From a virus, in the UHGV virus genome UHGV-0093367: a stretch of DNA of 64,000 nucleotides. One strand, given 5' to 3'. Within the stretch, counting starts at the first letter, position 1; every line of letters starts with the position of its first letter. A model generated the notes under the pieces. It made no database searches. It was given only the letters and a program-made list of their open reading frames with translations, and was not told the DNA's origin. Below are positions 1 through 9,618 of this stretch, one piece after another. The position numbers and the translations under genes were made by a program.

Positions 1-2954
1 GCTGTTGTGCCGCGCCTACGATTCCATTGTTTAAGCCAATAATAGAGTTCCAGCCAATATTATACAGGTTTCCAATGGAATTGCTGATTCTGCTTCGGAT
101 TCTTCCAAACCATGTGAACGACGCAGAAAAGCCTGGCTCTAATCCGTTTCGGAATCCTTGACCGCAGTATTCTGCAAGCTGCTTGAACCATCTGGACGGA
201 GAATGGGAGTCTACTGCTTCCTGCGCAGGGGCTTTTACACTGTTATTCATTAGGTCAAGAATCGAAGTCTTTGTACTTTCTTTCTTCCCGTTAATTCCAG
301 ACTGTAATCCCTCTGCAATGTTGCTTCCAAGGGTTTTGCCGCTTGATTTCGCAGTTTCTTCTGCACCTTTCGCAGATGATTGAATTGTTGAGTTAAGCTT
401 TTCAGTGACTTTACTGCCGTTCTGCTCAATCCCACTACCTACGGCAAGAATCTGATTCTTTCCGAGTTCCGTAACTAATTCAAAACCAGAATTGTTATCC
501 AGAACGCCGTTGATTGCCCCCTGCAGAGTTGAATCCATTGTACTTTGTAGAGTACTTTCATAGTCAGAAATACCTTTTCCAAACTGCACCATCTGTCCGT
601 TTGCCAAAGTATAGTAACCGTTATCGTCCGGCTCTAATCCCTTTGCGATTTCCTGATAAATCTGCAATGCTTTTTCACCGAGAATCTGTTTTCCATTTTC
701 CCAGATGCCACCCATTTCATCAATTGCATTTGCTGTATCTGTTACCAGAGTTGCAAAGTCAACGGTCTGGATAAGTGTCTGGAATCCCGTGAGCTGTTCT
801 GAAATGTCCTCAAACGAAACATTGTTAATCCGATCAGCCATATTTGAGAACTGATTAGAGGATGTTTCCGCTGTATCTCCAAGGTCTTTGACTGGTTTGT
901 TTGCTCCTGCTATTGCATTCTCGAAATCTTCGGACGAAACTCCAAGATTATTAAGTTTAAGTTCGAGTTCAAATAACGCCTGTTCTGTGCTATATCCGTT
1001 ATCTTTTAACTCAGAAAGGAATGTCAATAAAGGATATGCTTGTTCGCCTGAAATCTGGCTTGCGTGAACCAAACCGAGAATAGCATCTTCATACTCCTGA
1101 AATATCTTTAAATCATCCTCTGTAAGTTTATTACCGACTCCGAATATATCTTTCATCCATTCGTTGATAGCACCGGTAAAATCTCCTTTTTGATACCCAA
1201 ATACGTTATCTTCCAAAAATTCTCCGAAAGTTTTATCTTCACCACCGAATAGATTAACACTTATCCACTTTCCGAGGTTGAATCCTGCCATTGCAGTTCC
1301 TAAGACAATCATACTGTCTGCGAATCCTGCTACAAGTGTAGAACCTAGTCCAGAGCCAAAGAATGTCTGCAATGCACCACTGGCTGTGGAAAGAACCGTT
1401 CCTAACCCACCGAAGATTGTTCTGAGTGCGCCGATAGAGCTAACTACATTGTATATGTTTCGAGCAAAATTAATGCTCCCTCTTATAATAAAAAACCGTG
1501 CTAGAGCTTCGCCAAGAGCTTCTATCTGCTTATCGTCAAGCTTTCCTAAGGCTTTTGCGAAAGCATCTAAGACGCTTACTAATGTATTAATCAGTGGGGC
1601 ACCAATATCGTTCAGCATTATATCGAAAAAGCTGATAAATCCATCTGCGAATCCTTCAGCAAATGGTTGAAATACGTCCCACACATCGCCGATTGTTTTT
1701 ACCAGTGAGTCCCAGTCAATATTTTTAATGAAATTCACAATTACGTCTTTGAGATTCCCGATTCTTGTCCATAACCCGTCCCAATCAACATCAATTACTC
1801 CAAATTTATCAAGCGCAGCAACGGTAAGACCTAATCCTACCGCTATCGAAGCATATGGATGCGCTGCTAACATGGTGATTCCTTTGCCTATCACTCCATC
1901 TTTACCGAAAATACTTCCAAACCATGTAAGCCCTTTAAATGCTACAAAAGCTGTCAGGAGCTGTCCGAGGAAATAACCGATAGATTGTGCCTGCTTCGGT
2001 GAGAATGCTGCGATAAACTCTTTGAACCTGTCAATCAGATCAGGGAGTTTATTTACTCCGTCTGCCGCCTTGTCAAAGAAATCATCAAAGAAATCAAGCA
2101 ATCCTGTTCCGACATTCTCAGCAAATGGCTCTAATACATCCCATAACTGTACAAGGGAAGCGTTGATTTTATCCCAGTTAATTTTCATGAGAAAATCATT
2201 AAAAGCATTGATTAGTCGTGGTAATCCTTTTTCCCCAAGTGTCCACTTGCCAAGCGGAACTAAAAAATGATTCCAGAAATCTTTTAATGCTGTCCATGTG
2301 AAATCTCTGAGTTGTTTCAATCCATTGTTCCAGAGATTTTTCAGCGCTTTTGTGGTAGGTTCTGCGGCTTTTGCAAGTTTCTTAAATGTGTCTGTGACCT
2401 TATTTGCGAATGCCATGGCCTTATTTTCCATGGAATTGTAGGCGGCATCCCATTTCTTCTGGTATTCATTCAAAAGCTTATCAAGGGCATCATTGAGGAT
2501 TCCTGCATCAATTGCAGATGTGTCAATTTTTGGCGTTTTAATTTTAGAATTTGTAAGGTCTGACAGAGAACTATCGTCTTTGCTCATAATTTCAAGTTCA
2601 TCATAGGATGCGAGGAACTGTTTCAACTTTTTGGCGTTTTTAGTTGCATCTTTCAGACTGTTACTGGTGTCTTTTGCTGAGCTGTCTACATCTGAAATTC
2701 CAGAATCATCTATGGAGTCAAGTGCATTCGAGAGATTTTCACTTCCACCACCGATAGAACCGAACATTTTTCCGATTTTGGTATTAACTCCAAGAAGCGA
2801 ACCAATGTATGTCAAAAGTCTCTGGAATGCGATCACAAGACCATTGATGTATGGAAGCACTGCCGCAACTACAGGCATAAAGATGTTCCCTAATGCTCTG
2901 GCACAAGATACTAAGTTTGCACGAAGTATACGTAACTGGTTAGCTGGCATATTT
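1..2954 (-). CDS. Tape measure protein, exon 2 (runs off the left edge)
   Basis: Begins A-AAT-ATG-CCA-GCT-AAC-CAG (NMPANQLRILRANLVSCARALGNIF), a typical TMP motif continuing exon 1. The frame is open in spot checks near the edge (e.g. DSHSPSRWF), and the ORF track lists no stop-terminated ORF in this frame. Confidence 0.92.
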
Positions 2955-4204
2955 CACTTTGTTACCGTAGGGGCTTTTTATCCCCTACTTCTTGCAGTTT
3001 CCTGCAAGGTCGGCGTACATTTTCAACCATAAAAATAAGACGTATTTCTACGCCATATATGGTTGTCAAGCACTCTTGGGAGAATTATATTTATTCATCT
3101 CCTACGCTCTACGGTGCCGTATAACCTTTCGCTATCTATACGGTTACCTCGGTATTGCCTTGTTGAGTTCTCATATAATCATCATATTTTCTCCAATAAA
3201 ATCCTCTGCATCTTTTGCTTAGTGCCAAAGCTTTGTGAATCTGCTTATGAACCTTTTCTGGCTCACCTAAATGCCTTGCTGCTTCGGAACAGTTCGGAAA
3301 ATGGTTCACTATTTCCCAATTATCATTTAATTGGACTATTCCATTTCCAATTTGAGGGCCTTTGTACCTATAATCTTTTTTAGGGTCATAATCTTTTTGA
3401 TATACCCATTGAAAATTTCCACACCTGTGAGAACTATTAATTAAACACGAAGAGATATTTGACCTTCTTAAACCAGTTTCCATACTCGCTTCTGTGACAG
3501 ACGAAAATGTTTTGATATAATTTCCTTTTTGATCTAACTAGACAATTGGTTTTTTCCTGCTGGATTCATTCTTTTTATACGAAGGTATCTTAAAAGATTT
3601 GCATTCACTTTTAAATTTCCATTGAAAATTTCCTGCACGTCCCGCTTTCTTATTTGCGCAATCATTAATACTGTGTGGCTGCACTCCGGTTTCTACTGAG
3701 GCATGAGCGCAACTTGCATATTCTGCAATAAAATTTCCATCTAAATCAAATTGCAAAACAGGACGTGAGTTCCAAGATACACCTCCCTCTCCTCCTAACG
3801 TTATATTGTACCCATTGGAATTTGGAAAATGTATGCGAGTATTCAGCTTTTTTATCCAATATATCTCTTTTTCTTTAATCTCATTGTCAGATATTCCTGT
3901 ATCAATAATTTCCCATTCAAAATTATCAGTGCCATATTTTTTTAAGGCTCTATGAAAGGGAAGTTCATTTTCTATATCGTATATGTGTTCTCTTCTTCTT
4001 TTTTCAAAATTATAGGTTTTCCCAATATATATTTTTCCATTTATTTTATTGGTTACTTTATAGATTACAAATTTTTTATTAATAAAATCACCCCACATTC
4101 TCTTTAGAGAATATGGAACTCAATTTAGGTTTCACCGATTTTGCTCGATTTTCACTAATATATTGCTATATTAGGCGACAAGTGATAGCTCGCAGCCATC
4201 GTTT
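2955..4204 (-). ncRNA. Group I self-splicing intron (1250 nt) in the tape measure gene
   Basis: Exon 1 ends in U (ACGAU) and the intron ends in G (..CAAAGUG). Splicing restores ACG AT|A AAT ATG. P1 pairs CGAU with GUCG, giving a U.G pair at the splice site. P/Q/R/S-like elements are AAAUCGGUGAAAC, GGCAAUACCGAG, CCGUAGAGCGUA and AAAUGUACGCCG. Confidence 0.9.
3136..4098 (-). pseudogene. Intron-encoded GIY-YIG homing endonuclease with NUMOD1-like repeats, interrupted by an in-frame TAG at 3538-3540
   Basis: VIYKVTNKINGKIYIGKT motif. ORFs 3538..4098 and 3136..3483 share a frame, and the junction reads KPIV*LDQKGNYIKTF where the other repeats have Q. Confidence 0.85.
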
Positions 4205-5757
4205 ATCGTATTTGCCATATCCGCCCATGCGTACCGGGTGGAATCCAGTATTACTATCGTTCTCAGCATTGCCTTACTTGCCTGGTCCATATTAGAAACA
4301 GACGTTTGTATACCAAGATTTGCTGCATATTGCTGTAAGTTTGCCACACGAATGTTTGCACCATATTTGTCTACAGCACGGCTCATACCTACTAATCCAG
4401 AGGACAAGTTCTCATAAACTGTGCTAAAATCAAGATTCTTAACAGATGCAAGGTCAGCACCGATCATGGTTAATGCATTCGACAGTTTTAATGCCTGTTC
4501 AGAAGTTGTCCCCATAGAGGACGACAACTGTGCGAACTGGCCTTGATAATTCAAGAGCATGGACGGGTCCATACCGAGTGATTTACCTGATTTATTTGCG
4601 GTCAGAATCGCATTATCAGAAACATCGAACCCAGACATTTTGGATGTAAGTTCTCTGGCTCTGTTGCTAAATGAATTTGCGTAAGCTTCCGCAGAATCAT
4701 ATCCTGCTTCTGACCAAGTTTCTCCTGCTTTATCTGCTACCTGACGAAACGCTGCTTGAAAGTAGTTGTAATCTTCGAGAAAATTCATGGAACTTTCAAT
4801 TGCGCTTCCAAATTTTCCAACAACAAATTTCAACGTCCAGAATTTTGCCACCAGAGACATGATGCTAGGCAAACTTTTCCTTGCCTTGCTTCCTACGTTT
4901 CCGACTGCATTGCCAAGTTTTCTGACCTTTCCTGTAGAAGCAGTCGCACCCTGTCCTAATCTGGAAAATGCGCCTGCGGTAGACCTTGCCGCCCTACCAG
5001 CATTTGCCCCAGAGTTTGCCAATTGAGCAATAGCCTGTGTCATTTGAATCGTGCTGTTACTGATTCTGGGAGCAGTACTCATTGTCTGGAAGAACGATTT
5101 CAAGCTATTAGCCAAATCATTAAGCTGAGTTGCGGTCTTTCCGGTTTTATCTCCTGCATTTGCCAACTGTGAAATTGACTGAACAAATGTATTAATTGGC
5201 TGAGAAATATTGCCTATTCCAGAGAATGAAACTACGATTTTTCTGAGTTCTTCACCAAGATTTGGAAGTTTTGATACAACTGCATCAATAGAACTGCCGG
5301 CATTCGCCAATCTTGCTAACGAAGAAATGAACCGATTTACATTGTTCGATACATCTGGAATACTGCCAAGAGTGGATAGCTCAGAAATCATGCCCTGAAT
5401 CTTTCCAGACACATCACCTGTGGAATTTAATGTTTCGTTCAATCTGCGGATTGCATTTACGAATGAGTTTAATCCGTTGTTTCTCAAGTTCAGGCTACCG
5501 AGCGCACTCATGGACTGCGTAAACTGTTGCAATTGACTGTTTATCGTTGATAAATCAAGCCTGTCCAATTTAAGCGCTTGAACAGCAGAATTGACCGTGC
5601 CTACGGAAGCTGAAAAGTCTCTAAGATGCTTGATACTCTCAGACATACGGCTACTCAGACGATTCAGTTTATTGCATAAATCATCAATGGATTTACTTGC
5701 ATTTGATACGTTACTGCTGACCTCTATCGCAAGGCTATCTATTGTGTTGTCAGGCAT
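4205..5757 (-). CDS. Tape measure protein, exon 1
   Basis: Ala/Ser-rich helical protein directly after the tail assembly chaperones. It ends ..YAWADMANTI at the intron junction. Confidence 0.92.
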
Positions 5758-5803
5758 ATAAACACCTCCTTTATTTCAAAAAAATAAAGGGCAAGCAAGA
5801 CTA

Positions 5804-6184
5804 CTATTCATCCTGCTTGCCCTTTTCATTACCTATTTCAGATATATTTGCATTTGCCTGCCTGATAAGAAGTTCGTAGTAACGTTCTTCTTGTCTTAGT
5901 TCTGCTTCTGATTTCTTTGGCATATCTGGATTGTGTTCAACCCAATTATTTTGTTTTTCCTGCGTAATTGGTTTACTTGGATAACTAGCCTTTCTTGGAA
6001 ATAGCACACACGAAATACTTGCTTTCATATACAGTCCGGTCAGCCATGCCTGATAGTCCATGTTTATTAATTGCGACTGGATTTCTTCGTTTTTTAAGAT
6101 TCCATACTGTTCTATACGGATTCTTAGGTCTTTCAGGGTACTTCTGAGAAATTCTTTTCTTGACATCCCAATACGCACAGCCAT
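5804..6184 (-). CDS. Tail assembly chaperone, C-terminal (T) part of the G/GT pair, probably reached by a -1 frameshift at ~6219-6226
   Basis: The -1 frame from CTG AAA AAA GCT reads KSYSEIIWDELYPMAVRIG into this ORF. It lies between the chaperone and TMP genes. Confidence 0.75.
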   Translation of the reverse strand: MAVRIGMSRKEFLRSTLKDLRIRIEQYGILKNEEIQSQLINMDYQAWLTGLYMKASISCVLFPRKASYPSKPITQEKQNNWVEHNPDMPKKSEAELRQEERYYELLIRQANANISEIGNEKGKQDE

Positions 6185-6204
6185 TGGATATAATTCATCC
6201 CAGA

Positions 6205-6690
6205 TTATTTCACTGTAGCTTTTTTCAGGTGATCTGCTGGCTTCTTCGGCGCTTTCTTCGCTTTCACAGAGTCCATTGCCGCATTCATGTTGTCCATGAA
6301 TGTTTCCAGACCGGTTAATTTGAAAAAACCATCTTCCTCCATCTGTTCAATGCACATAGAAAACAGACCGTAGAAGTTGCCCTGCTCATCATCTTTATGT
6401 TCGGTCATATACTGTGCTGCAAGTTTTTTAGCGGTATCTAAATCCGGGACAGTGCCATCACCGTCAGAATGGTTGCCGTGATATTGAAGTAATCCGGCAT
6501 AGAACGCATTGAGTGCCGTACTCGGGATGCTGCTCATTCCAGAAACCATTTCCTTAAGGCTCCTGTCCGTTCCGCCGCTTGTGGAAACCAGCATATTCAT
6601 TACGGATTTCACACAATCATCAAACAGTGATGCTTCAATTCCATATTCAAGTTTGTAGTCTTTGCCGCCGATTTTTAAAACTTTATACAT
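6205..6690 (-). CDS. Tail assembly chaperone (G)
   Basis: Follows the major tail gene and has an A-run slippery site at its 3' end. Confidence 0.75.
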   Translation of the reverse strand: MYKVLKIGGKDYKLEYGIEASLFDDCVKSVMNMLVSTSGGTDRSLKEMVSGMSSIPSTALNAFYAGLLQYHGNHSDGDGTVPDLDTAKKLAAQYMTEHKDDEQGNFYGLFSMCIEQMEEDGFFKLTGLETFMDNMNAAMDSVKAKKAPKKPADHLKKATVK

Positions 6691-6713
6691 ATTATTTGTC
6701 CTCCCAAATGTGT

Positions 6714-7208
6714 TTAAAGGCTGCTGTCAGTTGGAACTACTGCTTCACTCGGTCCGACATATTCATTGATAGTAAGAGACATTTCAACGGTTAACAGGCC
6801 ATTCTGATCTCTTGCCGGTTTAGGAATGATTGTCGGTGGCTCGATTTTTGTGAAGAATGCTTTCTTAAGAGATGGGAAGTATTCTTCATACCACATAGAT
6901 TTTCCCTCTGTTTTTCCTGTTTTGTACTCGCTGATTAAGGTTTCCCATTCAGTAATAGTTTCATCAGTTACATTCACAGTTACGTTAAATGTACCACCTG
7001 TAGAACCACGTCCTGCAATAGTTCTTTCGACTTCATCTTCAAGTGCGGAAGCGTCGATTGTTTCTACGTCAATTTTGATTTCATCAGAAGCATTAATTCT
7101 GTGAAGAAGTTTAAATGTTGTCGGTTTAGTACCTGCTGTTGTTTCGACTGCATATCCAGTAAGCGAACCAACGGTACTTACGCCTGCTATATTTCCTTTT
7201 TCTGCCAT
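6714..7208 (-). CDS. Major tail (tube) protein
   Basis: 164 aa, Thr-rich, with IDVETIDASALED..IAGRGSTGGTFNVT. Position fits. Confidence 0.85.
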   Translation of the reverse strand: MAEKGNIAGVSTVGSLTGYAVETTAGTKPTTFKLLHRINASDEIKIDVETIDASALEDEVERTIAGRGSTGGTFNVTVNVTDETITEWETLISEYKTGKTEGKSMWYEEYFPSLKKAFFTKIEPPTIIPKPARDQNGLLTVEMSLTINEYVGPSEAVVPTDSSL

Positions 7209-7247
7209 ATTCGGCTCCTTTCTGCTTTTCAGCTATAAAATCACATT

Positions 7248-7269
7248 AAAAAAGAGCCTTGTCGGCTCT
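7248..7269 (-). terminator. Rho-independent terminator after the holin
   Basis: AGAGCC-GACAA-GGCTCT-TTTTT on the - strand. Confidence 0.55.
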
Positions 7270-7314
7270 GATGCGTAACCCTGCATCCGGGAGATAAAAG
7301 GATCACCGTCCTTT

Positions 7315-7527
7315 CTATTCATCTGTGCCTGTTTTCAGTTCTGGAAGCCCTGCTACAGATGTAAGCAAGGATAAAACGCCGGAAAGAACGGACGCAGATA
7401 CGACCATCTTCCAGTCAACGCTTCCAAGGACTGTCGCGGTTCCGATTGTCGCAACTGCTGTCTGAGCAATTGTCTTAACAGCTCTGATTCCCGCAGCTTT
7501 CAGCCATTGTAATTTATCTTTACTCAT
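7315..7527 (-). CDS. Holin, r1t-like family
   Basis: WLKAAGIRAVKTIAQTAVATIG..VDW..VVSASVLSGVLSLLTSVAGLPE signature, two hydrophobic segments. Confidence 0.85.
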   Translation of the reverse strand: MSKDKLQWLKAAGIRAVKTIAQTAVATIGTATVLGSVDWKMVVSASVLSGVLSLLTSVAGLPELKTGTDE

Positions 7528-7568
7528 AGGACACTCTCCTTTCTTTTTGGTATAAAAAATAGAAGCTG

Positions 7569-7976
7569 TTACGCTTCCAATAATTGCCCGGTGTAAATTC
7601 TGCTGTACCGGCTTATGATTCGTTTGAAACTCTTTTCGGAGTTTGCAACTTCTTCTGGCCCGTATGTCCGGCGAAAGCCCATTGAAACCATAGCCTGATG
7701 ACTTTTGCTGTCGATTTCATATGCAGTTGATAAAGCCTTTGTCCCAGATGCGTAACTTTCCGTTTGAAATGAAAGAACTGTTGCGCATTCGTGACCTTCT
7801 AGACTTGTTGATTGTGTGGGATTCCCCATCATGAATAATCTGGCGTATTTTGTTTTGCCAGATGCTATCGTCTGGCTTTTTTCCATGGAAAAATTGCCTT
7901 TGCCGACTGTTGGTTGAATATCTTTACTCCACCTAGAAAATACTTCTGATACTGGGTTGTTAATCGTGTCTGGCAT
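7569..7976 (-). CDS. Tail terminator/completion protein
   Basis: 135 aa, upstream of the major tail gene, with MVSMGFRRT. Confidence 0.65.
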   Translation of the reverse strand: MPDTINNPVSEVFSRWSKDIQPTVGKGNFSMEKSQTIASGKTKYARLFMMGNPTQSTSLEGHECATVLSFQTESYASGTKALSTAYEIDSKSHQAMVSMGFRRTYGPEEVANSEKSFKRIISRYSRIYTGQLLEA

Positions 7977-8052
7977 AGAATCACCTCGTTATAAGAAAAA
8001 GCACCCACCGCTCAGGTAGATGCTTTTATATGTTATAGTATATCAAAGACAG

Positions 8053-8087
8053 AGGTATTATTCAGTATTATCAGGTATTAACTTTCA
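8053..8087 (-). promoter_or_regulatory. Late-promoter activator site, copy 2 (35 bp identical to 24598-24632)
   Basis: AGGTATTATTCAGTATTATCAGGTATTAACTTTCA. On the - strand, three ~10 bp TAATAC(C)TGA repeats are followed by a TATACT -10 box. Confidence 0.75.
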
Positions 8088-8603
8088 TGATGCAAACACT
8101 TCTTTTGCAATTTTTCTGATGCTTTGCATGATTTTCACGCTTGCCTTATATACCGGCATAGTGGCTTCAGTACCATAAGAGCGTACCCATTCGCCAGAAT
8201 CGGCAAAATAAACCCACGATTCATTCTTTCCGTTTCCTTGTCCGTATGAACCGATAGTATAGTCAAGTTCTTGCCCTTTTGGATGTGGACTGGTTCCCGC
8301 CGGAGTATTGTAGTAAATGCCCGACCCAAACTCAATGAATAACAGATCAACTCCTTCACATATAAGCGTCGCCTGAGAATAGCCACCAAAGTTATTGATT
8401 CTGATATAGGTGTTGTGGTTTTTGTCAGAATCGCCTTGTGCCAATGCTATGTTTTCATCTATGACCGGGATTCCAAGTTCTGTCAGTCTACGAACAAATT
8501 CCTCATTCTTACTTACAAGTGACTTCTGATACGCTCTGAGCTGTTTTATTGTGTCTTGTATAGATTTATGTGACAGTTCCATTTTGATAGTCTTATTCGC
8601 CAT
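8085..8603 (-). CDS. HK97 gp10-like neck/tail completion protein
   Basis: LFIEFGSG and SYGTEATMPVYKA motifs. Position fits. Confidence 0.7.
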   Translation of the reverse strand: MANKTIKMELSHKSIQDTIKQLRAYQKSLVSKNEEFVRRLTELGIPVIDENIALAQGDSDKNHNTYIRINNFGGYSQATLICEGVDLLFIEFGSGIYYNTPAGTSPHPKGQELDYTIGSYGQGNGKNESWVYFADSGEWVRSYGTEATMPVYKASVKIMQSIRKIAKEVFAS

Positions 8604-8991
8604 CTGAGCCATCTCCTGTGTACTTAATACCGTATCGTGCCACATTGCCTTTCTGAGTATCAAGAATCTTTTTTAGGCGATAGTCTGGCGGGACTGTAGG
8701 CTCTCCATCTTCGCCTAAGATAAGTTCGCCTGCTTCATTCAGTTCCGGCTTGCAATCAATCCAGAATACATCGGCGGTCTGCGGCTTGAAGTTGCGGTCG
8801 AAGTTCGTGATGTATCTGTCGTAGTCCGGGATATAACCGGCAGATAATTCCTCTGGCGTTCCGGCAGTCGCAGATACGGAGAGGTGATGTAATTCTGGCT
8901 TTTGGTACGTTTTGATTGTGTCTATCCCATCAAGGTTTTCAGTTACCCTTGACCAATACACTGTCTGTTTTTGACGTTTCAATCCTCTCAT
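8593..8991 (-). CDS. Head closure/stopper protein
   Basis: 132 aa beta-rich protein (MRGLKRQKQTVYW..PDYRLKKI) upstream of the gp10-like gene. Confidence 0.65.
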   Translation of the reverse strand: MRGLKRQKQTVYWSRVTENLDGIDTIKTYQKPELHHLSVSATAGTPEELSAGYIPDYDRYITNFDRNFKPQTADVFWIDCKPELNEAGELILGEDGEPTVPPDYRLKKILDTQKGNVARYGIKYTGDGSDGE

Positions 8992-9014
8992 AGCGTTTTC
9001 TCCCTTCAAAAATC

Positions 9015-9262
9015 TTATATTGCATATTTCATATGAGACACTTTTACATCTTCATCAGATACCTTTGCATAGATCATTGTCGTGTTAATGTTGACATGTC
9101 CAAGAATCTTCTGCACCTCAGTAATCGGCGTACCTCTTTGAAGCATAAGAGTCGCAAGAGTATGTCTAAATAGATGCGGTGTCAGAGGCCTGTCCAATTC
9201 TGCTCGATCACCGATTATTCGTACAATTCTTTCGATTGCTTCTTTCTTGAGTGCCTTATGCC
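9015..9262 (-). pseudogene. C-terminal fragment of a tyrosine recombinase
   Basis: TPHLFRHTLAT..VQKILGHVNINTTMIYA retains H-x-x-R, H and Y. The N-terminal part is missing and the frame begins right after an AACTAAA site. Confidence 0.85.
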
Positions 9263-9269
9263 CGTTTAG

Positions 9270-9449
9270 TTAATTACTTACCTCTGGATATTCTTCTTTA
9301 TACAGCATTTCATATTCTTCCACAGGAAGTTTTCCTTTTTTCACATACTCAATACCATATTCTCTTACTCTATCCTGATATTTCTCAGGAATTGCATCAT
9401 ATGTAATAGTTCCTACAATCAATCTGTTAAAATATACTTTTGCCATCAT
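9270..9449 (-). CDS. Small fibre-associated protein
   Basis: 59 aa, MMAKVYFNRLIVGTITYDAIPEKY, with an RBS. Typical of small genes after Firmicute phage fibre genes. Confidence 0.55.
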   Translation of the reverse strand: MMAKVYFNRLIVGTITYDAIPEKYQDRVREYGIEYVKKGKLPVEEYEMLYKEEYPEVSN

Positions 9450-9465
9450 TTTATTTCTCCTTTTC

Positions 9466-9618
9466 TTATTCAGCATTTCCAAGTGTTTCAAGCAGTTCGC
9501 AGACAGCAATCTCAAGGTCATTGATACGTTCTTCATTGCTTACCACCGTTTCTTTTTTCTCAAAGTCTGATTCAGCCAGACCAAGTTTCTCAATCATCTT
9601 TTTCTGCATTTCAGTCAT
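9466..9618 (-). CDS. Small coiled-coil fibre-associated protein
   Basis: 50 aa (MTEMQKKMIEKLG..EERINDLEIAVCELL), translationally coupled to the upstream gene. Not in the ORF track. Confidence 0.55.
   Translation of the reverse strand: MTEMQKKMIEKLGLAESDFEKKETVVSNEERINDLEIAVCELLETLGNAE

Noticed and set aside
4171..5757. 528 aa ORF as a complete tape measure protein
   Set aside because: Its last residues (NDGCELSLVA) are intron sequence, and the TMP motif continues at 2954.
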